The position numbers and the translations under genes are program-made. DNA of 64,000 nucleotides from a bacterium (GTDB lineage Bacteria > Zhuqueibacterota > Zhuqueibacteria > Residuimicrobiales > Krinioviventaceae): NCBI GenBank assembly GCA_963675755.2, contig CAXXMD010000002.1, positions 1,504,001 to 1,568,000 on the forward strand. Direction: 5' to 3'. The first letter of the stretch is position 1. Every line of letters starts with the position of its first letter. The notes under the pieces are model-generated. The model saw only the letters and a list, made by a program, of their open reading frames with translations, ran no database searches and was not told the origin of the DNA. This document shows, in pieces, positions 39,080 to 48,711 of the stretch.

Positions 39080-39728
39080 CTATTTTGAAATATCCGGTAT
39101 ACTATCAGCTTTAGCGTAGGGATATTCGGCAATCATTTTTACCTCATGATACATATCCAACCCCGATGCACAAACATCATCCACAGCATTTAATTGCAAA
39201 CGGCCATCATCCATTAATGCAGATTTTTGGACATATACATGTTCAACCTGTCCAATGATCAATTTGGTATCATTTAATGTAATAGGGATTTCCTGTACAA
39301 ACCGCAATCCCATCTTGATCTTACTTTCAGCAACAAAAGGCGCTTTGAATCCCTCCTGCATTTCCATCGTCAAACCACATGCCTCGAACTCTGATACATC
39401 CGCAGCAAATTTTGCCGATGTATAATGGGCATTTTCCACAAAATCCTTGTGTACATGGTTCAAGGTGTATACACCGGTTTGTATAATATTATGGTAGGTA
39501 TGGCTGAAATCTTTTAAAATGGGTCTCTGAATAAATCCAATATAAGGCGGATTCGCGCCTATATGAACAATATTTTCAAATACCGCAAGGTTCGGGAACA
39601 TTGTCATCAGAAAGGGTACCAATCAACATGACCGGTTTGTATCCGGATAAAGTATTGATAAGATTGGTACGGTAAAACCTGTCCATGGATTCAATATCTT
39701 GACCGGAAAAATATGTCAAATTTCCCAT
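39080..39728 (-). pseudogene. flavin reductase (DIM6/NTAB-like) gene split by a +1 frameshift
   Basis: Frame 1 from ATG 39728: MGNLTYFSGQDIESMDRFYRTNLINTLSGYKPVMLIGTLSDDNVP; continues in another frame NLAVFENIVHIGANPP; extra base in GGG run at 39594-39596. Confidence 0.8.
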
Positions 39729-39744
39729 ATTAAACTCCTTTTTT

Positions 39745-39843
39745 CTACCTTCTTTACTGCATCAAAGCAGAATTAACTGCTTCTTGAACGCGTCGTCTCG
39801 GTTTGCGGATATAGATTAATCCATGTCCTGGCAGCATTATGTC
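39745..39843 (-). pseudogene. remnant 3' end of a second MBL-fold hydrolase gene
   Basis: Translates DIMLPGHGLIYIRKPRRRVQEAVNSALMQ*RR* versus DMMLPGHGLIYFHKPRRRVEEAFNSALMQWRG* in 40705..41424. Confidence 0.85.
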
Positions 39844-39892
39844 ATTCCCTTCGGGATCTGTTTTCATGAATTATAATAGATTTCCATACAAA

Positions 39893-40672
39893 CTAGAATA
39901 GTAAATTTACCTGCCCTCCGTCAATCACTATACTTTGCCCGGTGATATATCCCGCATATTGAGAACATAAAAACGCACACAATGCCCCAAATTCATTTAT
40001 CGTTCCCAATCGTTTCATTGGAGTTTTGTCTGCGTATAATTTCAAAGCCTGGTCAGCTGTTATATCAGATATTCCGCTTGTTTTTACAGCATACTGACGA
40101 ATTCTGTCTGTATCAAAAGGTCCCGGTAAAATACTGTTTACAGTAACACCAGATGAACTGTTTTCACGGGCCAGAGTACCCAATGCCCCTAATAATCCTG
40201 GTTTTAAACTATTGGCAAGCGTTGTACCGGGTGTTATTTCTTTGGCAGATGTTGAACTGATATTTACTATCCTCCCAAATCTCTGATTGACCATATCAGG
40301 CATACAATATTTCACCATATCAATAGCCGAAAGCATTACCAATTCAAAAGCTTTTTGCCAGTCATTAGCATTTTTTGATGTAAATGCCCCGGCAGAAGGA
40401 CCGTCAGCATTTGTAACCAGGATTGAAATGGGACCCAAATATTCACGAGCTTGTTCATAAAGCCTTTTTCTTTCATCAGGATTAGAAATATCAGCCTGTA
40501 TAAAATAAGCTTTTCCATCGAGTTTTTCTACCGCTTTCATGCCCCGATCAGTATTACGCCCATTAATAACAACATTGACTCCTTCAGCAGCCAATGCCTG
40601 TGCACAACCAAATCCCAAACCGTTTGTGCTAGACATCAGAAGCGCAGTTTTACCATTCAATCCTAAATCCAT
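39893..40672 (-). CDS. SDR family oxidoreductase
   Basis: SSTNGLG Rossmann variant, ILVTNADGP, GRIVNISS, NSILPG, YITGQSIVIDGG. Confidence 0.93.
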   Translation of the reverse strand: MDLGLNGKTALLMSSTNGLGFGCAQALAAEGVNVVINGRNTDRGMKAVEKLDGKAYFIQADISNPDERKRLYEQAREYLGPISILVTNADGPSAGAFTSKNANDWQKAFELVMLSAIDMVKYCMPDMVNQRFGRIVNISSTSAKEITPGTTLANSLKPGLLGALGTLARENSSSGVTVNSILPGPFDTDRIRQYAVKTSGISDITADQALKLYADKTPMKRLGTINEFGALCAFLCSQYAGYITGQSIVIDGGQVNLLF

Positions 40673-40704
40673 TTCGTTCTCTCGCTTATTTCAAAATTTA
40701 AAAT

Positions 40705-41424
40705 TTATCCCCGCCATTGCATCAATGCGGAATTAAAAGCTTCTTCAACTCGTCTGCGTGGTTTATGAAAATAGATCAATCCATGTCCAGGCAGCATCAT
40801 GTCCGTATCAATTTTAGCAAAACGCTGCAAAGAATTCATATAAATACTACGATCAAAATCAATAGAACCGCTCCAGCCAAAATCACCAGCCAGCAAGGTT
40901 CCTATTACGTCTCCACTGATGACAATAGATTTGCCTTCATATTTAAAAAAGAAAATCGTGCATCCCATACTGTGTCCGGGTAAATGCATTGCTTTGAAAT
41001 CAATTCCCATTAGGTTGAATATTTCACCATCAGATACAATTTTATCGACAGTGAACGATGTAAAGGTTTTATGATACAAATAAGGACAACACCGTTCATC
41101 TCCGGCAGAAACAGCTTCCGCTGTTTCCTGACTGGATATAATAGAGACTCCCATCTGTTTCAATAGATATCCGGCTCCTGTATGATCCATGTGTGGATGC
41201 GTTAAAATACAATAGCGGATGGCTTTGGGATCAAGATCCCAATAACGCATATTATCAAAAATCTGCTCAAGGGTATCGCCGCAACCGCAATCCACAAGAA
41301 TCAGACCCTCGGGACGTTCAATTATATAAGTATTACAATCATTATATGCTTCTACATCAACTCCATCCCAGGTTACTCCGTTTAAATCTCCCCCAACCTG
41401 ATATAATTTCTTTAATATCTGCAT
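40705..41424 (-). CDS. MBL-fold metallo-hydrolase
   Basis: THPHMDH, PGHS, SGD, LPGHG metal ligands. Confidence 0.92.
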   Translation of the reverse strand: MQILKKLYQVGGDLNGVTWDGVDVEAYNDCNTYIIERPEGLILVDCGCGDTLEQIFDNMRYWDLDPKAIRYCILTHPHMDHTGAGYLLKQMGVSIISSQETAEAVSAGDERCCPYLYHKTFTSFTVDKIVSDGEIFNLMGIDFKAMHLPGHSMGCTIFFFKYEGKSIVISGDVIGTLLAGDFGWSGSIDFDRSIYMNSLQRFAKIDTDMMLPGHGLIYFHKPRRRVEEAFNSALMQWRG

Positions 41425-41633
41425 ATTCAGCTCCTGTTAATATTTTTAGAAAATAAGAGTTTTACAGCAGAGAGTCAAAGGGATTTTAAAATGGAATATG
41501 AGTCGAGTATGTAGAATAAGGGGATAATTGTGGATTTTATAAAAAAAAGGGTTTTACCCGGTTGTATTCCGGATAAAGCCCTTGAAATATTTTCAAACCG
41601 AATATAAAAATATCTGGGTAGATTTTATCAGTA

Positions 41634-42128
41634 TTAATTGATAGGAGAATAACTTTCAAAAATTCTACTCATAATCTCTTCATTATCATCAAACTTGTTG
41701 AGTTCAGTAAAGAGATAGGTGATATAATTATTTTCATCATAAGTTGCAGCCAAAATGATAATCGCAACGCGGGTATGTTCAATAACAGAAGTACCATAAC
41801 CGTACCAAATATCCATACCATTATGTTCACCTTCTTCAGCTTCACCATCAATGGCAATATCAAGGCTTTCAACAGCCTGATCAAACAAACCTTCGGTGGT
41901 GATATTTACATCTTTGTATGCCATTGTCATAAAAACAATCTCACCATCGGGATCACTAGCCATCAAGCTGGGAACATCCTCATCATTATCAATTTCAACT
42001 TCCCAATTGGAGGGAATGTCGAACTGAATATTAAATTCATCGGCTGTGTAGGTAACCCAGTTAAAAGCACCAAATAATAAGCTGGCAGACAATAATATAA
42101 CGCCAAGTATGGTTATTCTTGTTTTCAT
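41634..42128 (-). CDS. acidic secreted hypothetical protein (PsbP/Mog1p-like fold possible)
   Basis: Signal peptide, FDIPSNW motif, ends RIFESYSPI; AGGAG RBS. Confidence 0.65.
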   Translation of the reverse strand: MKTRITILGVILLSASLLFGAFNWVTYTADEFNIQFDIPSNWEVEIDNDEDVPSLMASDPDGEIVFMTMAYKDVNITTEGLFDQAVESLDIAIDGEAEEGEHNGMDIWYGYGTSVIEHTRVAIIILAATYDENNYITYLFTELNKFDDNEEIMSRIFESYSPIN

Positions 42129-42510
42129 TTGCAACTCCTTCAGTTGAATGTGTATTAGGTTTATTAAAATAAAATTCTGGTTCAAGGTAAACAGGTGTTA
42201 CTGCATATCAGATTTCAAGTTCTTTATATTCGTGTTAAAAAAGTCAATTTGCAAAGCATCAAATATAATGCCATTTGAGGAAAAAGACAACAAGTAAGAT
42301 TAAAAAGCAAACTTAATCGCCAAAGATTAAAAGCACATAATTAATTGATATTAAAGAGCTTGTGGGAATCTCTATAACATCATAAAACATCAAGAAAGCT
42401 CTATTGGTTTAGGATTCGAATATTAAATTTGATATATATAAAAAAGACCTGGATGAGGCAAAAACGGGACAGTTACATGAAATAAAAAAAGAATTGTTTA
42501 AATAAGGATT

Positions 42511-42746
42511 GTTCAAATCCGTCTTCCCCAAAAGACAGATTGAGGTGTTTATTGTTTGGTACTAAATCCAAAATCAGAGTAACGGGATAAATGTCCCGCA
42601 TAATATTTCACGATGCATGAATAAGCATCGCGATCAAGTTTTAACTGGCCCTTATCCTTCGATACGTCCGCCAACTGGCGGCCTACTCAGGAACCGGGCC
42701 ATGACTTTTTATTTTTACTCGTTCCCAAACTCCTGTTTGGGAACGC
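42511..42746. repeat. mosaic palindromic repeat cluster A
   Basis: Modules: GTTCAAATCCGTC hairpin; twin hairpin CGGGAYAAATGTCCCG + CGATGCAT..GCATCGCGATC (42581-42635); CTTCGATACG..TACTCAGG module (42644-42701); CGTTCCCAAAC..GTTTGGGAACG (42718-42746). Confidence 0.9.
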
Positions 42747-42751
42747 AATAA

Positions 42752-44308
42752 TTATGGCTTTTCATTATCTGGATTATTTATTCGCACCTGATTGGCATCC
42801 ACTTCTTCTCTCATTTCAAAGATAAATGTGACGTTACTAAAATCATTGTTCATCAGAGAAATATCTCGGGTTTTGTCTCCTTTTACAGACAAAAATGTGG
42901 TAACAAAACTAAACGGCATACAGTCCCTTATAAAGGCATTCTGAACGTTATAAAAATGTAATACAGATTTGCTGTAATTGCCGGGAGCGGAAACAGATTC
43001 AATTTCAAGATTATTCACATCATTAAAAATATATCCATATCTGTAATCTGTATTCAAGAGTGTGATTGCAATATCCTCCAGCTTTAAACCTGTTACATGT
43101 CTGGCATATAATCCAAACGCCGGTAAATCACCAAACCGGGTAGCTTCAGGGTAACCGTCTATCAACTCGGGAACACTAATATCTCTTTGTTCTTGAGTCC
43201 CCCCTCCGGCATATTCCACTTTGATATTATCCAATATTACATTTTCTACGGGATGATCAGGGATCCCAGCAAGAAGCATGGGATAATCTGCACTGGCGAC
43301 AGTGACATTGCTTATAATAACGTTTTTCAACGTACCGGGGACCGGCGTTTCCATATCACGACCACGGTTTCCCAAACGCAGGAAAATGGGACATTGGACA
43401 TCTTGTATGGAAATATTGCTGATGGTAACACCGTCAATATTGGAACCATCCACCGATTCGAGCGAAATACCGGATCTTGCCAGTCGTCCCGTATCACGTT
43501 TAAAAATCACAGAATTGCTGAATGTAATATATTTAAAATCCCCACCGGATTCTGTACCCAGTTTGAAAGCATTGCAATTGGTAGCAAGCTGACAATTGGT
43601 AACGGTAAGGAATTCAGTGGCTCGACGCTCACCCAGTGAAAAACTGGCCTTGGGTACAATGGCATCATCCCAGGTTTCGATATGGCAGTTGGAAATTCTG
43701 ACGTGTTTGCAGGCATCGGGATCAATACCGTCGCAATATCCGTTCAACAGAGTAACGCCATCAATATTGACATAATCCGTACCCAGCATACTGATGCAGT
43801 AATTGGGTGAATTGAGAATGGTTATGTCTTTAATGATTACATCCTTGCAGCGTTTCAGAGCAATAGGCTTGGGGCCGCCGCGTTTTTTGCGGTTGGCATC
43901 AATAATCCCGCTGCCGGTAATGGCAATGTGTTTAACATCCTCTCCCCAGATCAGGGCATTGTGGAAAAAACTGGTTTCATGGTCCGAGTCGTTAGGAAAG
44001 TCCAGTGTTTCATAGGGATCAAAATCATTTTCATCGGTACTCATTAACAGCGTTGCACCATGTTCCAGATGCAGTGCTACATTGTCCTTGAGGTGCAAAC
44101 TACCCAGCAAATAGGTCCCTGGTGAAAAATACACCGTCCCCCCGCCGTTTTGGTTACAGGCATCTATGGTCTTTTGCACAGATTGGGTATCCTTGGTGGT
44201 GCCGTCTCCCTTTGCGCCATACTCTTTTACATCGTAGAATTGTCTGGCAAAAATAGTTGTGGAAAGTAAAAGCCCCAAAATCAAAACTGCATTGATTTTC
44301 ATATACAA
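42752..44308 (-). CDS. GH28-family beta-helix glycoside hydrolase, secreted
   Basis: YDVKEYGAKGDG..DT, GGGTVYFSPGTYL, CDGIDPD, WDDAIVPK, FKLGTES. Confidence 0.88.
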   Translation of the reverse strand: MYMKINAVLILGLLLSTTIFARQFYDVKEYGAKGDGTTKDTQSVQKTIDACNQNGGGTVYFSPGTYLLGSLHLKDNVALHLEHGATLLMSTDENDFDPYETLDFPNDSDHETSFFHNALIWGEDVKHIAITGSGIIDANRKKRGGPKPIALKRCKDVIIKDITILNSPNYCISMLGTDYVNIDGVTLLNGYCDGIDPDACKHVRISNCHIETWDDAIVPKASFSLGERRATEFLTVTNCQLATNCNAFKLGTESGGDFKYITFSNSVIFKRDTGRLARSGISLESVDGSNIDGVTISNISIQDVQCPIFLRLGNRGRDMETPVPGTLKNVIISNVTVASADYPMLLAGIPDHPVENVILDNIKVEYAGGGTQEQRDISVPELIDGYPEATRFGDLPAFGLYARHVTGLKLEDIAITLLNTDYRYGYIFNDVNNLEIESVSAPGNYSKSVLHFYNVQNAFIRDCMPFSFVTTFLSVKGDKTRDISLMNNDFSNVTFIFEMREEVDANQVRINNPDNEKP

Positions 44309-44454
44309 CTCCTTTTCTTTTCAGCAAGAAATGAAAATGGAATTTTGAATATCCGTTTATCCCGGATATCTGATATTATCTAGAGTTAAAAATTTTATGA
44401 TTGAAAAGCAATAGAAATGTTTGTTGGGATTAATAGAAAGCTCTTTTTCTTATT

Positions 44455-44874
44455 CCCGAGTTCAAATCCGTCCTTTTTTAAAGCACGGATTAGAATAAAA
44501 AAGAACCTCTATACTGCGTCCAATCCGCCGGTTGGCGGATAGGAATGAGTAATTACTGTGCGGTAACGCAACAATCTAACGGGACAAATGTCCCGTCGAA
44601 TATTCCACGATGCATGAATATGCATCGCGATAAAGGAATTTCAAAACTTTAATGCCGGTTGCTGAGTGCGAGACCGCAAATAGGCGGACGAGCGTATCGA
44701 AGCACCGGCGTTTAGACACTACATGATAACCTGATATGAAAAAGTTTTAAACTGGCCCTAATCCTTCGATACGTCCGCTAACTGGCGGCCTACTCAGGAA
44801 CCGGTCCAGAACTTGTTTTCCCTACAAGCCTCATGCTAACAACATCAGCACCCAGACAGAGCCAGGGTAAGAGA
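44455..44874. repeat. mosaic palindromic repeat cluster B
   Basis: Twin-hairpin module 44578-44631; inverted pair CTGAGT..GTATCGAAG (44651-44713) / CTTCGATAC..ACTCAG (44751-44809); CACCCAGACAGAGCCAGGGT module 44849-44874. Confidence 0.9.
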
Positions 44875-44883
44875 ATAAACTAA

Positions 44884-45588
44884 TTAGATTAAATCAAATA
44901 CAAGTCCAAAATGATCAGACAAGTTTTTACCATCATTATCAACTTTTGAAATGATCTCATAATCAACTTTTTTCAAAGGTATATCTGTCAATAAATGATC
45001 AATAGAAAGTTTATTATTGTCATCTAAAATATTTTCAGAGACTATTTGAAAATCATCACCAATCATTGTAATTAGTTCATTATAAATATTTTTCGGTGCA
45101 CGGGTTTTAGGTATGGTTTGATTAAAATCTCCCAATATTATCTTGGGGTATTTGTTATTATATTGTAAAAATTCTTTTAATCCGTTAATATACGATAAAT
45201 GATCCTGCCAGGCTTGCCGATCTTTGCGGCCTGTTCTCACATGAGCTTCTTTCCAGGGGATGCATACACCGATGAACTGTACAGGACCCCAGGCAGTATC
45301 TGTCACAGCAGAAACAAATCGACCACCAGGCATTATAATGGATCCCGTTTGATCAATGTTTATCCATTTCTTTTTTGAATATAATATTACTTTACGTCTG
45401 CCCGGTTTAATCTTGTATCCATAATCAAAAAAAGAATCAACTATATATCCATCATTAGGCAAAATAGTTTCATTACTTTCAGTTATACAACATATATCAG
45501 GATCATAATTTTCAATTATATTTTTTACTTTTTGACCGCGATCATTCGTATTTGAAGCCCATTGTACATTCCACAAGAGTATTCGCAT
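44884..45588 (-). CDS. endonuclease/exonuclease/phosphatase (EEP) family protein
   Basis: MRILLWNV, PDICCITE, ILGDFNQ, IDHLL, LSDHFG. Confidence 0.92.
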   Translation of the reverse strand: MRILLWNVQWASNTNDRGQKVKNIIENYDPDICCITESNETILPNDGYIVDSFFDYGYKIKPGRRKVILYSKKKWINIDQTGSIIMPGGRFVSAVTDTAWGPVQFIGVCIPWKEAHVRTGRKDRQAWQDHLSYINGLKEFLQYNNKYPKIILGDFNQTIPKTRAPKNIYNELITMIGDDFQIVSENILDDNNKLSIDHLLTDIPLKKVDYEIISKVDNDGKNLSDHFGLVFDLI

Positions 45589-45649
45589 ATTTCCTTTTCA
45601 CTGATTATTAATATCTTACATTATTTATTACTTGCAAAACACCCGCTGA

Positions 45650-45903
45650 CTCGTTCCCAAACTCCTGTTTGGGAACACAATAACTCTGTTTATTCTGATT
45701 CACGCATCTTTACTATTACGTTATTCGCACTCAGGCAGAGCCAGGGTATGAGAAAAATTTAAGACCTCTGACCGGTCCCTGAGTTCCAATCTGTCCGCTT
45801 TTGAGGACGGATTGGAGTATCGAAGGGCCGGCATAAAAATGTTTGAATAACGTGACTAATATCCAGATTAATATTACACGATGCATGAATATGCATCGCG
45901 ATC
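45650..45903. repeat. mosaic palindromic repeat cluster C (direct repeat of cluster E)
   Basis: Same module order as 48415-48678; 64-bp core 45768-45831 matches 48544-48607 with 3 mismatches. Confidence 0.9.
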
Positions 45904-45916
45904 AAAGGATAAATTC

Positions 45917-46747
45917 TTAACTATCAAATCTAAAACCACTTATGTCTTTAAAATGTAAATCCCTGGTTTTTCCATCAAAACCTTCAATAGTAAGATAAAG
46001 TCCTTTGGTTGAAAGTAAATTGCCGGTATATTTGGATCTATCTAACATAAAAACTGTGACATTACGTTTTCCCCTATATAGCAACTTGTAGGGATCAAAA
46101 TTCCTTTTATACTTGAATTCCAACATTAACGATTTAATTAGAGATTCAATACATTCTTCGTTCGTTGGGTCAAAAGCTGAATACTTTAGACAATACCATA
46201 ATACCTTGCCAGTATCAAGGTCAACTAGTAATAAAGTTATATTTAACTTGTTTAATCCACCACTTATTAATATTGATTTCCCTTTTGAATCAAAGGTTCC
46301 CTCAGCTTTACAGAAAAGTCCTACATTAACAGAAGACAATTCAGCCAAGTCTGTTATATCTTTACCAACAGATACATTTAAAAAACCATCTTTACTGTTA
46401 TTGTTTTTTTGAATTTGTTTAATACATTTATCAATTTCAAAATTAATTTTCTCTAATTTTAATTTGTCTGTTGGTAAAACATTTCTATCATCAATAACAT
46501 TATACTCAAAAACATCTAATTGTTGCATTAATATGGATGCCACCATATTTTGTGAATCATAAATATCAGTTGAAAAGATGTTCTTTTTTAACAGAGTATA
46601 ATCACACCAGATTAAACTCAAGGGTTCAGAGTCTTTTATTTCGAAACCTTGTGCTATTTTATAAGTCGAAACGCTTCTAAAAGCACATGAAAATAATAAA
46701 GTTGTTATAACAAAAATAATAAATATTAAAAATTTTCTTTTTAACAT
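45917..46747 (-). CDS. hypothetical lipoprotein, AT-rich
   Basis: MLKRKFLIFIIFVITTLLFS-C lipobox; GAGGGG RBS; LLLVDLDTGKVLW motif. Confidence 0.75.
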   Translation of the reverse strand: MLKRKFLIFIIFVITTLLFSCAFRSVSTYKIAQGFEIKDSEPLSLIWCDYTLLKKNIFSTDIYDSQNMVASILMQQLDVFEYNVIDDRNVLPTDKLKLEKINFEIDKCIKQIQKNNNSKDGFLNVSVGKDITDLAELSSVNVGLFCKAEGTFDSKGKSILISGGLNKLNITLLLVDLDTGKVLWYCLKYSAFDPTNEECIESLIKSLMLEFKYKRNFDPYKLLYRGKRNVTVFMLDRSKYTGNLLSTKGLYLTIEGFDGKTRDLHFKDISGFRFDS

Positions 46748-46766
46748 TAATCTAGTCCCCTCTTTA

Positions 46767-47237
46767 TTAGTTATTATACCTGTCATTACGAATTTTAACA
46801 GCAACACCTAAATCTTTATAACTTGAAGCATCAAATGTAAAACTTGCTGTTAACAATACAGCAGCAGAAATATAAAAATATTTACTTGTACTATTATCCA
46901 ACAGAGGATCATCCGAAAGTGAATTTGCCCATGCAAAACCTATCAAACCACCGGCAAACATGCCGAACAATGAACTTGCTTTTTGCTTCTTTACTGACTT
47001 TGAAAAATATTGAGATTCCAGGCCTTCCTGCAAAAACAAACTTTTGAAACGATCTGTATATGTACCCGTCAAAGGATAAGACGCTTTAATATAATTCTCG
47101 CCATCAAAACTATACAACACACCGGAAATAAAAAATTTATCGATAAATATTTTATCTGAAAGTCCAGTTTGTTCTTGTGAGTACAAATTTGTAGTAATAA
47201 TTACCAAAAAAAGAATACCAACACACTTTAAATTCAT
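46767..47237 (-). CDS. hypothetical exported/membrane protein, AT-rich
   Basis: Start MNLKCV at 47237 with GGAGG RBS; signal peptide plus two hydrophobic helices; the longer ORF-track N-terminus runs through repeat DNA. Confidence 0.72.
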   Translation of the reverse strand: MNLKCVGILFLVIITTNLYSQEQTGLSDKIFIDKFFISGVLYSFDGENYIKASYPLTGTYTDRFKSLFLQEGLESQYFSKSVKKQKASSLFGMFAGGLIGFAWANSLSDDPLLDNSTSKYFYISAAVLLTASFTFDASSYKDLGVAVKIRNDRYNN

Positions 47238-47312
47238 TTTCCCTCCAATTAGTTTTTCCAGTTTCATATTCACTGCCACAGAATTCTTGTATTTTCTATT
47301 CCAACAACTTTC

Positions 47313-47662
47313 ACACCCAGGCAGAGCCAGGTTACAAGAAGAATTAAAGGCCTTTGAATTGTCCCCGAGTTCAAATCCGTACGTTTTGTGAGAACGAATT
47401 TGATTATAAAAGGGCCTGTATACTGCGTCCAAAATTCCCGTTTTGGTCGCAAATGACAAAGATAAACTCTGTTTATCTGATTATGGATATAAAATGTAAC
47501 ATTTAAACACTTTTAATACATAAACAGAGTTTATGTGATCATTACATTCCAATCCGCCTGTTGGTGGATCGGAGTAAGTAAGTACTGTGCGGTAACGCAA
47601 CAATCTAACGGGGACAAATGTCCCGCCGAATATTACGCGATGCATGAATATGCATCGCGATC
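47313..47662. repeat. mosaic palindromic repeat cluster D (related to cluster B)
   Basis: CCCGAGTTCAAATCCGT.., ATACTGCGTCCAA, inverted ATAAACTCTGTTTAT/ATAAACAGAGTTTAT pair, TACTGTGCGGTAACGCAACAATCTAAC shared with B, twin hairpin 47607-47662. Confidence 0.9.
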
Positions 47663-47677
47663 AATCCCGAGCCTGGT

Positions 47678-48394
47678 TCATTTCGCTCGTCTAAATTTTT
47701 TCCGGTATTCCTTGTCCATTTTTTCGGTGGCGTATTGAATGATCAGCCGCCCGCATTCATCCTTCCACTGCATCAGGAAATCCTCAATGGCTTTGGGATA
47801 TTTTTTCCACAGTCCCCGCAAGAGCGTGCCGATACCCTTCTGTACATATTCGGAAGTATCGGTCATGAGTGGAGCGATCACTGGCAGGGCTGTCTCCGGC
47901 TCCAATCCTTTGTCAACCATTTCAACCAGGGTAACCGGTACAACACGCCGCTGCCACTCGGATTCAGCGGTTACCCATGTACCCAGTTTTTCATAACTGA
48001 TTATATTTTCCTGCATAATATATGCAATGACGGTCATACAAAGCACATCCGTATTGGCCCAGTTATCAATGCCTTTTACAAACCATCTGCCGATGCGGTC
48101 AAAGGTATTTTCGGTAAAATCGAGTCGCTTGGAATACAATAATCCGATGGCAAAAGAAATCTCTTCGTATTTGCCAACCTGCGTCAGCTTATCTCCCAGA
48201 TCAAGAAAATCATCCACAGTCATTTCATCCTGCCATTGCTCGATCCAGGCGTCCCGCTGTGATTCGTACACATGGCGGTCCAGACCATAGCCGTCGAACC
48301 CGCCTTTGAAATACCGGGACATTTTTTCAACTTCTGCCGGGTTTGCGTTTTCCACGCAAAAATCATGGATCTGTTTTACTTTTTCGTCCAGCAT
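47678..48394 (-). CDS. DNA alkylation repair protein (AlkD-like HEAT-repeat)
   Basis: MSRYFK, YEE, IDNWANTD, SEWQRR, YVQKGIGTLLR, YATEKM. Confidence 0.88.
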   Translation of the reverse strand: MLDEKVKQIHDFCVENANPAEVEKMSRYFKGGFDGYGLDRHVYESQRDAWIEQWQDEMTVDDFLDLGDKLTQVGKYEEISFAIGLLYSKRLDFTENTFDRIGRWFVKGIDNWANTDVLCMTVIAYIMQENIISYEKLGTWVTAESEWQRRVVPVTLVEMVDKGLEPETALPVIAPLMTDTSEYVQKGIGTLLRGLWKKYPKAIEDFLMQWKDECGRLIIQYATEKMDKEYRKKFRRAK

Positions 48395-48414
48395 ATATAC
48401 TCCTTTTTATTTTG

Positions 48415-48678
48415 CTGCGTCCCAAACTCCCGTCTGGAATGCAAATGACAAAGATAAACGCTGTTTATTCTCATTTCTGCATACCCACTCGAACTATATT
48501 AGCACCCATGCTAAACCAGGGTACGAGAGAAAATGTAAATCCGCTGACCGGTCCCTGAGTTCCAATCCATTCGCTTTTGAGGACGGATTGGAGTATCGAA
48601 GGGCCGGTATAAAGATGTAAGAATAATGGGACAAATGTCCCTCCTAATATTATACGATGCATAAATATGCATCGCGAC
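48415..48678. repeat. mosaic palindromic repeat cluster E
   Basis: Direct repeat of 45650-45903; twin hairpin at 48625-48678. Confidence 0.9.
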
Positions 48679-48711
48679 CATTTTGGTTTCCACTAGTACG
48701 GTACAAAATTT

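Noticed and set aside
40705-41424. MBL protein as a beta-lactamase resistance gene
   Set aside because: No signal peptide; generic HxHxDH hydrolase in a metabolic context
44455-44494. GAGTTCAAATCC (also at 42511 and 47364) as tRNA T-arm or tRNA gene
   Set aside because: No cloverleaf; it is a decayed form of the CCTGAGTTCCAATCCGTCC..GGACGGATTGGAGTATCGAAG module
47238-47459. N-terminal extension of ORF 46767..47459, and small ORFs 45562..45762, 47535..47738, 48306..48693 and 51243..51443
   Set aside because: They are translations of the palindromic repeat modules; better starts with RBS exist for the real genes
44574-47662. Twin-hairpin module as an integron attC site (ATCTAAC / GTTAGAT at the ends of copies B and D)
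   Set aside because: GTTRRRY is present in only 2 of 7 copies, there is no matching RYYYAAC at the other end, the module folds as two adjacent hairpins rather than one long stem, and no intI is visible. IntegronFinder would settle it
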